Assembly (NCBI RefSeq): GCF_001194135.2
Contig: NC_068994.1
Location: 18,807,409 to 18,871,408, forward strand
Direction: 5' to 3'
Source of the DNA: Octopus bimaculoides
Lineage: Eukaryota
DNA length: 64,000 nucleotides
The notes beneath the pieces were generated by a model, which saw only the letters and a program-made list of their open reading frames with translations, had not been told where the DNA came from and searched no databases. The position numbers and the translations under genes were made by a program. How positions within the stretch are numbered: position 1 is the first letter of the stretch; every line of letters begins with the position of its first letter. Positions 12,146 through 24,040 of this stretch are shown here, piece by piece.

Positions 12146-13351
12146 TCAGTGTTACTCACAAGAGATTAGCATCCCATCCAAGAGGAGAGTTATTTCTGAT
12201 CTCCTTTATGGCATGAAAGTGCGCTAACTGGCTTTAAGAGGCTGTTGGAGTTTAGGGGGCATTTTCCATGCTTGTCTTTCTACCCAAGCTGGGAGATCTC
12301 TCTCAACCACATTATTGCTGTTAGCTCCTGGTTTGTGATGACTTAAGAGATCTGTAACCTACGTCTTTCTGACTATCATCATCTTCTCTTCTTTAAAGAC
12401 ACAGTGTATCAAAGACTGTTATCCTGGTACATGTATCCCTTTCCTAGCATTGCAGGATATGAATCGAGGGAGACTTTGCTACTATTTTCAGCTGGTCAAG
12501 TGACCACATTGAAGTTCCCTTTTTGGCTCGTCTCAACCCTACCTAATTAAATTGCAGATAGATTAAATAAAAAATAGTTCACACCACATCTTCAATAATG
12601 CAGGTGGTAGTCATAATAATCTCTGGTGAAAGGGATGAGGTCACTCACTTTGGTTTTGAGATGGCCAGATAATCAAATTAGTTCCAATTAGTTTTGATTA
12701 AATTCAAGGATTCTTCACATTGTAGTTGTATTTTTTTGTGGGGGTGGTAGCTGTAGTTATAGATTTTCTCTTCATTTTTTGTTTGATAAAACTCTATTGA
12801 AATATGCATCACATTTTATAATATGGAAGTTATTAGAAAAATAGGGTTTTGCATTATGGAATTCCCTCATTACAGCAAAGCTTTTAGGAACATGACTGTT
12901 CAGTAACAGTGGAGATTGCTGTATTTCATCAGCTCACCTACACCCAATTCTCTCAATGGAATCACAAGAAATGAACGATGGAACCATAATACATGGAGAA
13001 AGTGGTTTGACTGTAATTGCTAAAAGCTTCATGCTTGATTAGAAACACTGGTTTGATTTTGGTGATTGAGAGGATCATTAAGAGTGAAAATTGCTTTCTT
13101 AAGATTTAAGGTAAAATTTTTCATATGATAATGGTGTTCTTTTAGTATCCTTATTTTCTTTGACCAACAAATTGATGCTTTCTTCTCCTTTTGTCTTTTG
13201 CTTTTGAAATTTCTAAGGATAAAAAAAGTTAACTTGCAGATATAAGAGTAAACTGAGTTATAGAAAAAGTATGAAAGACTGAGTTGGTGATAGAATCAGT
13301 CGCAATGAAGCTGATGTATAATAAAGTTAAGATTGATAGAATGTCATTTAA

Positions 13352-13525
13352 TCCTTTGGCATTTGTCAATCCTGCATTATCTTATGGCTTCGAGATTTCA
13401 ATAATGAGATTGTTTATTTTCAGAATAACATTGCAGGGCAGGTGTGAGAAGCTGGATATTGCCAGTCTGAACATAAAACAAGTGGAATATTTGGCCTGGA
13501 TATAGCCAGTTTAATTGTAAACGGA
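13352..13525 (+). mobile_element. piggyBac-type MITE family 1 (internally deleted)
   Basis: TTAA at both ends; body homologous to 24959-25178. Confidence 0.75.
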
Positions 13526-13619
13526 TTAAGTTTGTTGTTTGCCTCTAGTTTGCTATTGATCAAGAAGACCTATGATCAAAAATGCTCTGATTGCTACAAA
13601 CCCAGTTTTTCTAAGTATC

Positions 13620-13848
13620 TTTTGCTTGTTTCAGTCATTGGACTGTCGCCATTCTGAGGCACTATCTTGGAGAAGTTTTTAGTTCAATGAATCAACTTCA
13701 GTACTTATTTTTTAAAGCCTGGTACTTATTCTATTGGTTCCTTTTGCCAAACCGCTAAGTTATGGGGATGTAAGCCCACCAACACCAGTTGTCAAGCAGT
13801 AGTGGAGGACAAACACAGACATACACACTAACACATACACACACACAT

Positions 13849-13879
<31 letters not shown>

Positions 13880-14060
13880 TTCATATATCTATGTATATGA
13901 CAAGCTTCTATCAATTTCTGTCCATCAAGTCTACTCATAAGGTTTTGGTCGGCCTTAAGCTACAGCAGAAGACACTTGCTCAAGGTGTCACATTATGGGA
14001 CTGAGCCTAGAACCATGTGGTTGAGGAGCAAGATTCTTACTACACAGCCACACTTGCACC
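13620..14060 (-). mobile_element. SINE family A, full length with internal (CA)n
   Basis: Head, CORE-like block, microsatellite and tail present. Confidence 0.85.
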
Positions 14061-14228
14061 TCTAGGACTAAATTCTCTAATGTATCCTTTTGTTTCCTAA
14101 GATAGTATTGTGAGCTTTGAGGGAAATTTGCTGCCTTAAATAAAATAATTAGTAAAACAAACGTCAGTGTCCTAGATTTGTTGAACCAGGAAAGATTTTG
14201 TCCAAGATCACATGATGGATAATAATAA

Positions 14229-14430
14229 TGGCTGTGTGGCAAGTAGCTTGCTTACCAATCACATGATGGATAATAATAATGGCTGTGTGGCAAGTAGCTT
14301 GCTTACCAACCACATATTTCCGGGTTCAGTTTCACTGTATGACACTTTTGGCAAGTGTCTTCTACTATAGCCTCGGGCTGACCAAAGCTTTGTGAGTGGA
14401 TTTTGTAGACGGAAACTGAAAAAAGCCCAT

Positions 14431-14468
<38 letters not shown>

Positions 14469-14690
14469 TATATGCGTGTGTGTGTGTCTGTGTTTGTCTT
14501 ACCACCATCGCTTGACAACTGATGTTGGTGTATCACATACCTGTAACTTAATGGTTTGGCAAAAAAGACCAATAGAATAAGTACTAGGCTTACAAAGAAT
14601 AAGTCCTGGGATCTATTTCTTCGACTAAAGGTGATGCTCCAGCATGGCTGCAGTCAAATGACTGAAACAAATAAAAGAATAAAAGAATAA
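14229..14690 (+). mobile_element. SINE family A with 51-bp tandem duplication at head
   Basis: 14208-14258 repeated at 14259-14309. Confidence 0.88.
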
Positions 14691-14899
14691 GTTATTAGCT
14701 TAGAAAATCTGTTCAAGTTATCTGTTATAGAACTAAAATTAGGATTATTATAATCTCCATTGTTGTTGTTAGTCACCCCCTCCTTGTTGTAAAAATGATC
14801 ATAATAATAATAGTTCTTCTTTAAATAAGGCTGCAAGCCAAGGACTGGAAATCACAATTATTTTAGAAGTTGCCCTTCAGCCGCATCCATAGTAGTTTT

Positions 14900-15440
14900 T
14901 TATACATACATACATTCATGCACCAGCATGACCGCAGCCACTTGGCTGAAACACATAAATAAATAAATAAAATACATATGTATAAATATACAAACATATG
15001 TATATGCATACGTGCATATATACATATATATGTATACATGTACATACGTACATACATATATGCTTATATATGTAAATACATATGTACATACATACATACA
15101 TACATATGTGCATACATTCATGCTCACATATTAGCAAATATGCATATATGCATGCTTATATATTCACACATGCATATGCATACACACAGACATGCACACA
15201 GATTCACATATACAGAAAAACAAACACACACACACACACATGAACAAGCACACATACACACACACAGAAACACACACATACAAAAGCACACATGTACACA
15301 CACACATACACATAGAAACACACACACACACGAACAAGCACACACACAGGCACACACATGAACAGGCACACACACACACACAGAAACACACACACAGAAG
15401 CACACATGTGCACACACGCACACATACGCACAGAAATACA
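14900..15440. repeat. degenerate (TA)/(CATA)/(CA) low-complexity tract
   Basis: Direct reading. Confidence 0.9.
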
Positions 15441-15609
15441 CAGAGAGAGAAAGGACTACATTTTTTTATGTCCTTTCCTAATAAGGTGTGATTTGATGGA
15501 AATTTGGCTATTATATCTAGCCAGTCAAGTGCTTGTGCCGGCCTTCTTTTGTTGGCTCAAAATAAATTTGGTGCTGTATATTCCCTTCTACTCATGAACA
15601 TCCTGTTGT

Positions 15610-15838
15610 TTGTGTCTTTTCTGTTTTACTTATTTCAGTCATTAAACTGTGGCCATGCTGAGGCATCACCTTATAGAATTTTAGTCGAATGTATTGACCA
15701 CAGTACTTTCTTTTTTAAGCCTTCTACTTATTCTATTGGTCTCTATTTTTGCTGAATTGCTAAGTTACAGGAACATAAACACACCAACACCAGTTGTCAT
15801 GCAGTGATAGGGGACAAACACAGATACAAACACACACA

Positions 15839-15878
<40 letters not shown>

Positions 15879-16040
15879 ATGGGCTTCTTTCAGTTTCTCT
15901 CTCCCACATCCACTCACAAGGCTTTGGTCAGCCCGAGGCTATAGTAGAAGACATTTGTCAAAAGCACCATGCAGTGAGACTGAACCTGGAACCATGTGGC
16001 TGGAAAGCAAACTTCTTACCACATAGCTATGCCTGCACTT
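15610..16040 (-). mobile_element. SINE family A
   Basis: Full head-to-tail homology. Confidence 0.85.
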
Positions 16041-16043
16041 ATA

Positions 16044-16745
16044 CAGGGTGTCTCAAAAGTCAATGATGGGTTTCAATTTTCAATAACTTCCTTGACTTTA
16101 CATATAAATGCATGATATTTTGATACAATATAAAGGACATGATGGAAATTAATATGCACAAGTCAAATTTTGCAACACCACTGCATCACATATGAAAAAT
16201 GACATTGCTTAAATGACATTACTAGTCAAGTCTGGGGAACATGAAGGCCATTAAAAGTAGACTTCACACATGATTCCAGCAAGATGGGGCAACTGCTTAT
16301 ACAACAAGAGAAACAATACAGTTGCTATGGCAGTGTTTTGGAGAGAATAATCTCCTGTTACGGCAATGTCAACTGGCCTTCACGTTCCCCAGACTTGACT
16401 AGTCTGGATTTTTTCTTGTGGGGGTAACTGAAAGAGAGGGTTTACGTCAACAAACTGGAGACCCTGGTGCAACTGAAGGAGAACATCAATAGAGAAATCA
16501 GAGAAGTGGGGTCTGAGACTCTTGAGGGTGTTATGGTGCAAGTTTTAGAAAGAGCACAGGTATGCGAAGCCAAAAATGGCTGCCATTTAAGCAATGTCAT
16601 TTTTCATATGTGATGTAGTGGTGTTGCAAAATTTGACTTGTGCATATTAATTTCCATTATATTATATCAAAATTTCATGCCTTTATTTGTAAAGTTAAAG
16701 AAGTTATTAAAAATTGAAACTCATTAGTGACTTTGGGACACCCTG
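16044..16745 (+). mobile_element. non-autonomous Tc1/mariner DD41D (rosa-type) element with ~165-bp inverted ends, TA TSD
   Basis: TA|CAGGGTGTCTCAAAAGTCA ... TGACTTTGGGACACCCTG|TA; interior FQQDGATAYT...NWPSRSPDLTSLDFFLWG (41 spacing after restoring one frameshift). Confidence 0.9.
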
Positions 16746-16751
16746 TATAAA

Positions 16752-17396
16752 CCCTTCTGATACCAACCTGCCTGAAACTGCCCCTTGTTCTATGGTACAA
16801 TCTTCTTGCTTTAAAGTAATCCAAAATTAAAGCCTTCCATCAAAATTTCATGTTAATTCATAGCCCAAACACCAGCTTAATAATACTCTCTCTTTACTCT
16901 TTTTATACTTTTACTTGTTTCAGTCATTTGACTGCGGCCATGCTGGAGCACCGCCTTTAGTCGAATCAAATCGACCCCAGGACTTATTCTTTGTAAGCCT
17001 AGTACTTATTCTATCGATCTCTTTTGCTGAACCGCTGGGTTACAAGGACCTAAACACACCAGCATCGGTTGTCAAGTGATGTTGGGGGGACAAACACAGA
17101 TACACAACATATACACATGCATACATATATATACATATATATACATATATACGACGGGCTTCTTTCAGTTTGTGTCTACCAAATCCACTCACAAGGCTTT
17201 GGTCATCCCGAGGCTATAGTAGAAGACACTTGCCCAAGGTGCCACGCAGTGGGACTGAACCCAGAACTATGTGGTTGGTAAGCAAGCTACTTACCACACA
17301 GCCACTAATGATAAGTATTTTACTAAATTCTTTATAATTTCTCAAATTAACTAAAATAAAAGCAGTGTATTTCAAGAGAAATGTGGTAACAAAAGG
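16752..17396. mobile_element. piggyBac-type MITE family 2 interrupted by a SINE
   Basis: CCCTTCTGATACCA ... TGGTAACAAAAGG|TTAA; halves join to match uninterrupted copy 59773-59992. Confidence 0.8.
16887..17305 (-). mobile_element. SINE family A nested in MITE family 2
   Basis: Near-consensus copy; imperfect TSD taataat/taatgat. Confidence 0.9.
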
Positions 17397-17589
17397 TTAA
17401 CAATTATTCAGTTCATTGTAGTCTTTGATTATACCACGAGTCTTAAAAGTTTGGATAAGTTCATATAGTGTTGAAAATAGAAGGAATTTAATGTTTTAGG
17501 GCTGTTGCTGTTTTTCACATGAAAGGACAGTTTCTTCAGAAACTTCAGCCTCTTCTTCTCCCCAAGGTATCTTTTAGCTTTTATCTTTT

Positions 17590-17910
17590 GCAGCCATGCT
17601 GGGCCACCACCTTGAAGGGTTTTTAGTTGAGTGAATCGACCCCAGTATTTTTCTATTTTTAGGCCTGGTACTTATTTTATTAATTTCTTTGGCCAAACTG
17701 TGAAGTCACAGGGACATAAACACACCAAAACTAGTTGTCAAGTGGTGGTGGGGACAAACACACACACTTATAAATATACATACGATGGGTGTCTTTTCAG
17801 TTTTCATCTACTAAATCCACTTGCCCAAGACCCAAGGTGCCCCACAGTGGAACTGAATCCAGAACCATATGGTTGGGAAGCAAGCTTCTTACCATGCAGC
17901 CATGCCTGTT
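17590..17910 (-). mobile_element. SINE family A (deleted)
   Basis: Tail and head homology. Confidence 0.8.
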
Positions 17911-18390
17911 CATACAAACTTATTTAGCTCGCAAACCATATTATCTAGTCCTTCTTTATTTCAGACATTAGAGTATGATTTGGGGTGAGATTTGGCTGCT
18001 ATTTCATAATGATTGAGCAGCCAGGTAGAAGCCTCTTTGTAAGTTTGCAAATATGTAAAGTAGGTTGCTGGGTAAGTAGGTTATCATATTCATATCTCAT
18101 TTGTCGGTAATGATATTTTTTTAAAAATTTGAACTAATAGAAATTTACCTCACATCAGCAAAAGATAACTGTATTAGTTAAATATTTTTGTAATTTTAAT
18201 TTTGATTATTAAAATTTTTTAAATGATTATGTCAGAAATTTTTTTGTACATTATTGTTTATATATACTGTTTTGTATATTACTTGCAGATTTGGTTTCTA
18301 CACAAGATTTTTTTTCCTGAAGCTAAGTTTCAATATATTTAACAGCATCTTTAAAAAAAAAAAGCAGAAAAGAAAAAGAAGCTCCTAACT

Positions 18391-18423
<33 letters not shown>

Positions 18424-18718
18424 AAACATTACTTTAGGCTNNNNNNNNNNNNNNNNNNNNNNNNNNNNNNNNNNNNNNNNNNNNNNNNNNNNNNNNNNNN
18501 NNNNNNNNNNNNNNNNNNNNNNNNNNNNNNNNNNNNNNNNNNNNNNNNNNNNNNNNNNNNNNNNNNNNNNNNNNNNNNNNNNNNNNNNNNNNNNNNNNNN
18601 NNNNNNNNNNNNNNNNNNNNNNNNNNNNNNNNNNNNNNNNNNNNNNNNNNNNNNNNNNNNNNNNNNNNNNNNNNNNNNNNNNNNNNNNNNNNNNNNNNNN
18701 NNNNNNNNNNNNNNNNNN

Positions 18719-18757
<39 letters not shown>

Positions 18758-19344
18758 CCTTGTTAGAAATGGCTAGAATGCTTTTGAACATAGGATTGCT
18801 TGACCAGGGCAAACCTGGGGCTAAATACTGCTACTGCACCACCCCACTACTATCCCCAGCACCAGCATGAGCACTGCCACCTGCAGCAGCAAACCACCAC
18901 AACCACCACCACCTACTACTACTACTTGAAAGATGCAGGTAGTACTTTACAGCTGTTTCTGGGACATACATATTAAAGGCATATCTGTGCATTTTGCCTA
19001 CATATGAAGCAGCACAGAATTGCCTTCAATATGTACCTATCTCAAAAACATGTGTAAAATACTCCCCATAACTCCATATTCATCACTTATAAGTCTTTCA
19101 CCAGTGATCCCATGGATTTTACTAATCTATCTGGTGCAGAACACATGATATTAAATTTAATTTAAACATACACTCTCATATTATTATAGTTGAGAGGATG
19201 GGAAAATGTTGGGGTGGATAATATTTTTCTAGTGAATAAATGAAACTGCCAAACAAATCTCATGGTAAAAACGTTATCAACATACTGGTTGACTTCTTAG
19301 AATTTATTCTAATGCAGTAATAAACTTTTTTCTTTTGTTTTTGG

Positions 19345-19655
19345 TAAGTGTTATTTCCTATTTGCTTCTATCTAGAAATCAAAGGAAATGACTACTATTC
19401 CCTTCAAACTTTGCATTTGTAATGTGGACATCAATGTTTTGAAACTGACATATTTTCCATTACATTTCAGACAGATTCAGTGCTGAGTTGCTGAAGCAGA
19501 AATTTTGTTATAACAAATATTCTGCTCAATTTACTTGTCACTTGTTTGACCATAACCACTTGAGCATATTCCTTAGTGGCTGACAATATGTGCATCTCTG
19601 ATCATGAGCATCATAGTGGGTGAGCATCATAGCCATGTGTTGAGAGGGATTCTTT
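19345..19655 (-). repeat. interspersed repeat family D
   Basis: Homologous to 34470-34700 and to the 3' part of 38340-38775. Confidence 0.8.
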
Positions 19656-19744
19656 GGAGTCTGAATGAATATAGCAAAAGCAAAGTTTGAAGGACAGTCA
19701 AGTTAAGCACAGTCAAGTCGAGCACCAAAAATTCAGAGTATCTT

Positions 19745-19930
19745 TTGAATTGCATCTGTAATTCAAAGGGCCAGCCTTGTCACATTGTATATACCACTGA
19801 ATCTTCCTGAGAATCATGTTAAAGGTATGCTTGTTTGTGGAGTGCTCAGCTATTTGCACATTGATTTCATGAGCAGACTGTTCCATTGATCAGATCAAGT
19901 GGAACATTCATCATCATAACAGAGTGCAAT
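19745..19930 (+). mobile_element. SINE family C 3' tail (aattcaaagggccagccttgtcaca...gagtgcaa)
   Basis: Homologous to 23725-24040 and 28954-29340. Confidence 0.8.
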
Positions 19931-20294
19931 GTATATCCATACCAAAATTTAGGGCAACATGTTGTCATATAAAACATGTGTATTATGGATCTAATGATGG
20001 TTATCTATATAGTCTCCTAAGCTGCTAATAACAGCAGCCAAATCTCCCTACCATTTTAATAAAGGAAGGACATATTGGATAATGAAATCCTAGATATACT
20101 GTCTCAATAAGAAACAAGATGGTCACAGTATAAATGCCTTCTTAACCACACAGTTATGTGTATATATATATATACTGTATAGATACACACACACACACAC
20201 ACATATATGTATGTATATATGTATACATACATACATATATATATATTCTTTTATTCTTTTACTTGTTTCAGTCATTTGACTGTGGCCATATGTA

Positions 20295-20357
<63 letters not shown>

Positions 20358-20565
20358 NNNNNNNNNNNNNNNNNNNNNNNNNNNNNNNNNNNNNNNNNNN
20401 NNNNNNNNNNNNNNNNNNNNNNNNNNNNNNNNNNNNNNNNNNNNNNNNNNNNNNNNNNNNNNNNNNNNNNNNNNNNNNNNNNNNNNNNNNNNNNNNNNNN
20501 NNNNNNNNNNNNNNNNNNNNNNNNNNNNNNNNNNNNNNNNNNNNNNNNNNNNNNNNNNNNNNNNN

Positions 20566-20912
20566 CAGCGTTGCCTTCCTGGCACTTGTGCCAATGGCAC
20601 GTGAAAAGTCATTCGAGCGAGATCGTTGCCAGTGCCACTGGACTGGCTCCTGTGCAGGTGGCATGTAAAATACACCATTTTGAGCATGGCCATTGTCAGT
20701 ACCGCCTGACTGGCCTTCGTGCCGGTGGCACGTAAAAGCACTCGCTACACTCTCGGAGTGGTTGACGTTAGGAAGGGCATCCAGCTGTAGAAACTCTGCC
20801 AAATCAGATTGGAGCCTGGTGTAGCCATCTGGTTCACCAGTCCTCAGTCAAATCATCCAACCCATGCTAGCATGGAAAGCGGACATTAAACGATGATGAT
20901 GATGATGATGAT
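20566..20912 (+). mobile_element. retroposon 3' end with RTE-type tail and (GAT)n
   Basis: ggcacgtaaaagcac...gttaggaagggcatccagctgtagaaac...catggaaagcggacattaaacgatgatgat. Confidence 0.85.
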
Positions 20913-20931
20913 GTATATCTACATCTATATG

Positions 20932-21343
20932 GTGAAGTATATTTGCCTCTTAAATGTGGCTAACCCTTAAGGGTTGATGCTACTGTAGCTTGTAGACCCA
21001 GGACGACATCTCCTCCAGCTGGCTATTGACACACTTTCTAAGCCCTATCAGTATTTGTAAAGGGAAGTCATCATTCCCATCTCCAGCCTTATGTGATACA
21101 CACAGATCCGAGATTGCCAGCCAGTGGTTGTCATAAGCTGATGATGGGTCAATACCCAGAAACTCAGGTCCGTGTGTATCACGTCAGGCTGGAGATGGGA
21201 ACGATGACTTCCCTTTGCAAATATTGATAGGGCACAGAAAGTGTGTCAATAGCCGACTGGAGGAGATGTCTTCCTGGGGCTACAAGCTACAGTAGCATCA
21301 ACCCTTAAGGGTTAGCCACATTTAGGTGGCAAATATATTTCAC
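20932..21343. mobile_element. fold-back element, ~183-bp arms (~90% identical), hammerhead in loop
   Basis: 20932-21114 is the reverse complement of 21160-21343; AACCCTTAAGGGTT palindrome in each arm. Confidence 0.92.
21130..21176 (+). ncRNA. type-I hammerhead ribozyme
   Basis: CTGATGA (21138-44), helix II TGGGT-caat-ACCCA, GAAAC (21159-63), TCAG, GTC (21168-70); helix I cataag/cgtgtg 5 of 6 pairs. Confidence 0.75.
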
Positions 21344-22041
21344 GGTGTCTTGCAGCTACTGTTTATACCTCACCCAGAGATTTATTATTGCTTATATCTA
21401 TATGTATGTACATATATACATTCATATATACATACATACATACATACATGCATGCATGCATGCATGCATGCATGCATACATACATACATACATACTTACA
21501 TACATACATACATACATACATGCATGCATACATACATACATACACAGGTAGACTCGCACAATAGCAATTCCCTCATTATTCTGTATGTTCAAATTTTCAT
21601 GGCCAAAAGGCTTCAACAAATAATTCAGTCATTGCATTCAGCAATGGTTTTTCAAATTAGCTACTCAAATGCAGGAAAGCAGCATCTTCTTTTTCAAAAA
21701 CACACTTAATACTTTATCTTGGAAGGAAGAATCTTCACCATGTAAGACAATTCTCAACCATTAGCCTACACACTATAATCCAACATGGATGAATACACCC
21801 CAAGAGACAGCAAATGCCTTGATTATATTTCACAGTTTACTAGGGATATATGGCACATCAAGGGCATTGAAAAATTCTGCAGCATAAACACTGTTTCTTT
21901 TTCATATAAATGCTTTGTATTCTTGATATATTCAGACTCACATTTTTTTACTCAAACACAAAAAATGTTTTCCTTTTACAATTCCCCCAAAAGTGAAAAA
22001 GAGAAAAAGAATTGCAGAACTTTGCATATTTTATAAATGTA

Positions 22042-22700
22042 TCAGTGGTTGAGATTTCAAACCATTGTTACAAATAGTCTGCTCCTAGTTCTTTACATGA
22101 ATTTAAAAAGAATGACACAAGAAAACAGCAAATTTATATAAAAATATGCCAACACAAGTGCAAAAAGAAAAAGGAAAAACCATGTATTGAATACAGAATA
22201 ATTGAGCAAGTGTCTTCTACTGTAACCTTAGGCTGACCAAAGCCATGTGAGTAGATTTGGTAGATGGAAACTGGAAGAATCCAATTGTGTGTGTGTGTCT
22301 TTGTGTGTGTCTTTGTGTTTGTCCCTCTACCACCACTCAACAACTGGTGTTGGTGTGTTTATGTCTCTGTAACTTAGCAGTTTAGCAAAAGAGTATGATA
22401 GAATAAGTACTATGCTTAAAAAAAAATAAATAAAAAGCCGTACTGGAATCAATTAGTTTGACTAAAAATTCCTTGTGACTGTGCCCCAGCATAGCCGCAG
22501 TCTGATAACTGAAACAAAATAAAAGCTTCTTTTGGCATTTATTCTGTATTCAATACATGGTTTTTTTCCTTTTTCTTTTTGCACTTTTGTTGGCCTATTT
22601 TTATATAAGTTCACTGTTTTCTTGTGTCATTCTTTTTAAATTCATGTAAAGAACTAGGAGTAGACTATTTGTAACAATGGTTGAAATCTCAACCACTAGA
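22042..22700. mobile_element. TA-flanked fold-back/MITE with ~160-bp arms; spacer is a 5'-truncated SINE A
   Basis: 22042-22201 mirrors 22539-22700 at high identity. Confidence 0.88.
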
Positions 22701-22709
22701 TAATTGATC

Positions 22710-22979
22710 AGATACCACGAATGGACACATGATTGGTCTATTAAGCAACCAGTCAGCAAGAAGCTGTGGCATGATGTGGTTTTCTAGAATGTTCTTTCTT
22801 GTACCCTATAAAAGACTGTTTTACTGCTTGATTAATTGCTGAATGATGAAGGCAGCGGAGCAAAATAAACCTCCACTTCTGCCATCACTGATGATTCCAG
22901 ACATTTACACAGACAACTCCAGGTTCTTGGACAGATCCATTCTGAACATTCACATAATGTCTCATAAGTAACTTCTACA
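22710..22979 (+). mobile_element. possible LTR remnant
   Basis: ctataaaag (TATA-like), downstream aataaa, ends ...cttctaca; 5' end not seen. Confidence 0.35.
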
Positions 22980-23335
22980 GGCGTGGCTGTGTCGTAAGAA
23001 GCTTGCTTCCCAACCACAAGATTCCAGGTTCAGTATCAATGTATGGCTTCTTCGGCAAGTGTCTTCTACTGTAGCCTTGGGCCAACCAAAGCTTTGTGAG
23101 TGGATTTGGTATCTATGTATGTGTGTCTTTGTGTCTATGTTTGAACCTCATCACCACTTGACAACCAGTGTTGGTGTGTTTATATCCACATAACTTAGCG
23201 GTTTGGAAAAAGAGAATGATAGAATAAGTACTAGGCTTAAAAAATAAGTCCTGGGGTGGACATGTTCTGCTAAAACCCTTCAAGGCAGTGCTCCAGCATG
23301 GCCACAGTCAAATGAATAAAAGAATAAAAGAATAA
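22980..23335 (+). mobile_element. SINE family A
   Basis: ggcgtggctgtgtcgtaag head through tail. Confidence 0.85.
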
Positions 23336-23724
23336 CATGATGCAGTTTTCCTCTCTCTCCCAGTCAGCAAATACGTATGTTCTGCATTGTAAATAACCAA
23401 CACCAATATCTTAATGTCTGGCAATAAATATTCAATTAAATGTTCACAGGTTTGCTTCTGTTATTATTCAAATAGCTTTACATTTAAACTACTAAGCAAC
23501 TGGTGACATATATACAGAGCATTATTCTCATTTAAATGAGCTCCGGTTTCCAGTGAAATTACAATAAAATACTGGAATTGAAAGCTGGAAAATTGAAATC
23601 ACTATTATGCACTGTCTGTATATAGTCATCTTTGCACTTATTGTTTAACCCTAAGACAGCCATCATTGAGAAACTCTATAATCAAAGGCATTCCAGTTGT
23701 GACCATTCTACCTTTTGTGAAGGC

Positions 23725-24040
23725 TCATGGCTCTGTGGTTAAAGTATTTGGCTCATGAGCATAAGTTCATGAGCTTAATTCCTAGTGGTGCATTGTGTCC
23801 TTGAGCAAGACACTTTAATTTATGTTGCCCCAGTCCACTCAGCTGGCAAAAATGAGTAGTACCTGTAATTCAAAGGACCAGCCTTGTCACATTCTGTGTC
23901 GTGCTGAATCTCCTTGAGTACTAAGTTAAAGGTATGTGTCTGTAGTGTGCTCAGCCACTTGCACATTAATTTCACAAGCAGGTTGTTCCATTGATCAGGA
24001 TCAACTGGAGCCCTCATCATTGTAACTGACAGAGTGCCAG
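23725..24040 (+). mobile_element. SINE family C (tRNA head, tgtccttgagcaagacact core, shared tail)
   Basis: tggctctgtggttaaag A box; degenerate B box; tail as in 28954-29340. Confidence 0.8.

Noticed and set aside
12870-12935. Minus-strand CTGATGA...ctgt...GAACAGTC motif
   Set aside because: GAAA incomplete, helix I absent and no flanking fold-back.
20983-21060. HDV-like ribozyme fold in the shared hairpin core (G-U start, gtagcc/ggctat, ctcctc loop, gacaca hairpin)
   Set aside because: No P2 3' strand, no GG for P1.1 and an oversized L3; the pseudoknot cannot be completed.
21228-21250. Apparent conserved peptide GHRKCV with synonymous changes between the two fold-back families
   Set aside because: The frame breaks immediately afterwards with indels and stops; more likely nucleotide/structure conservation.
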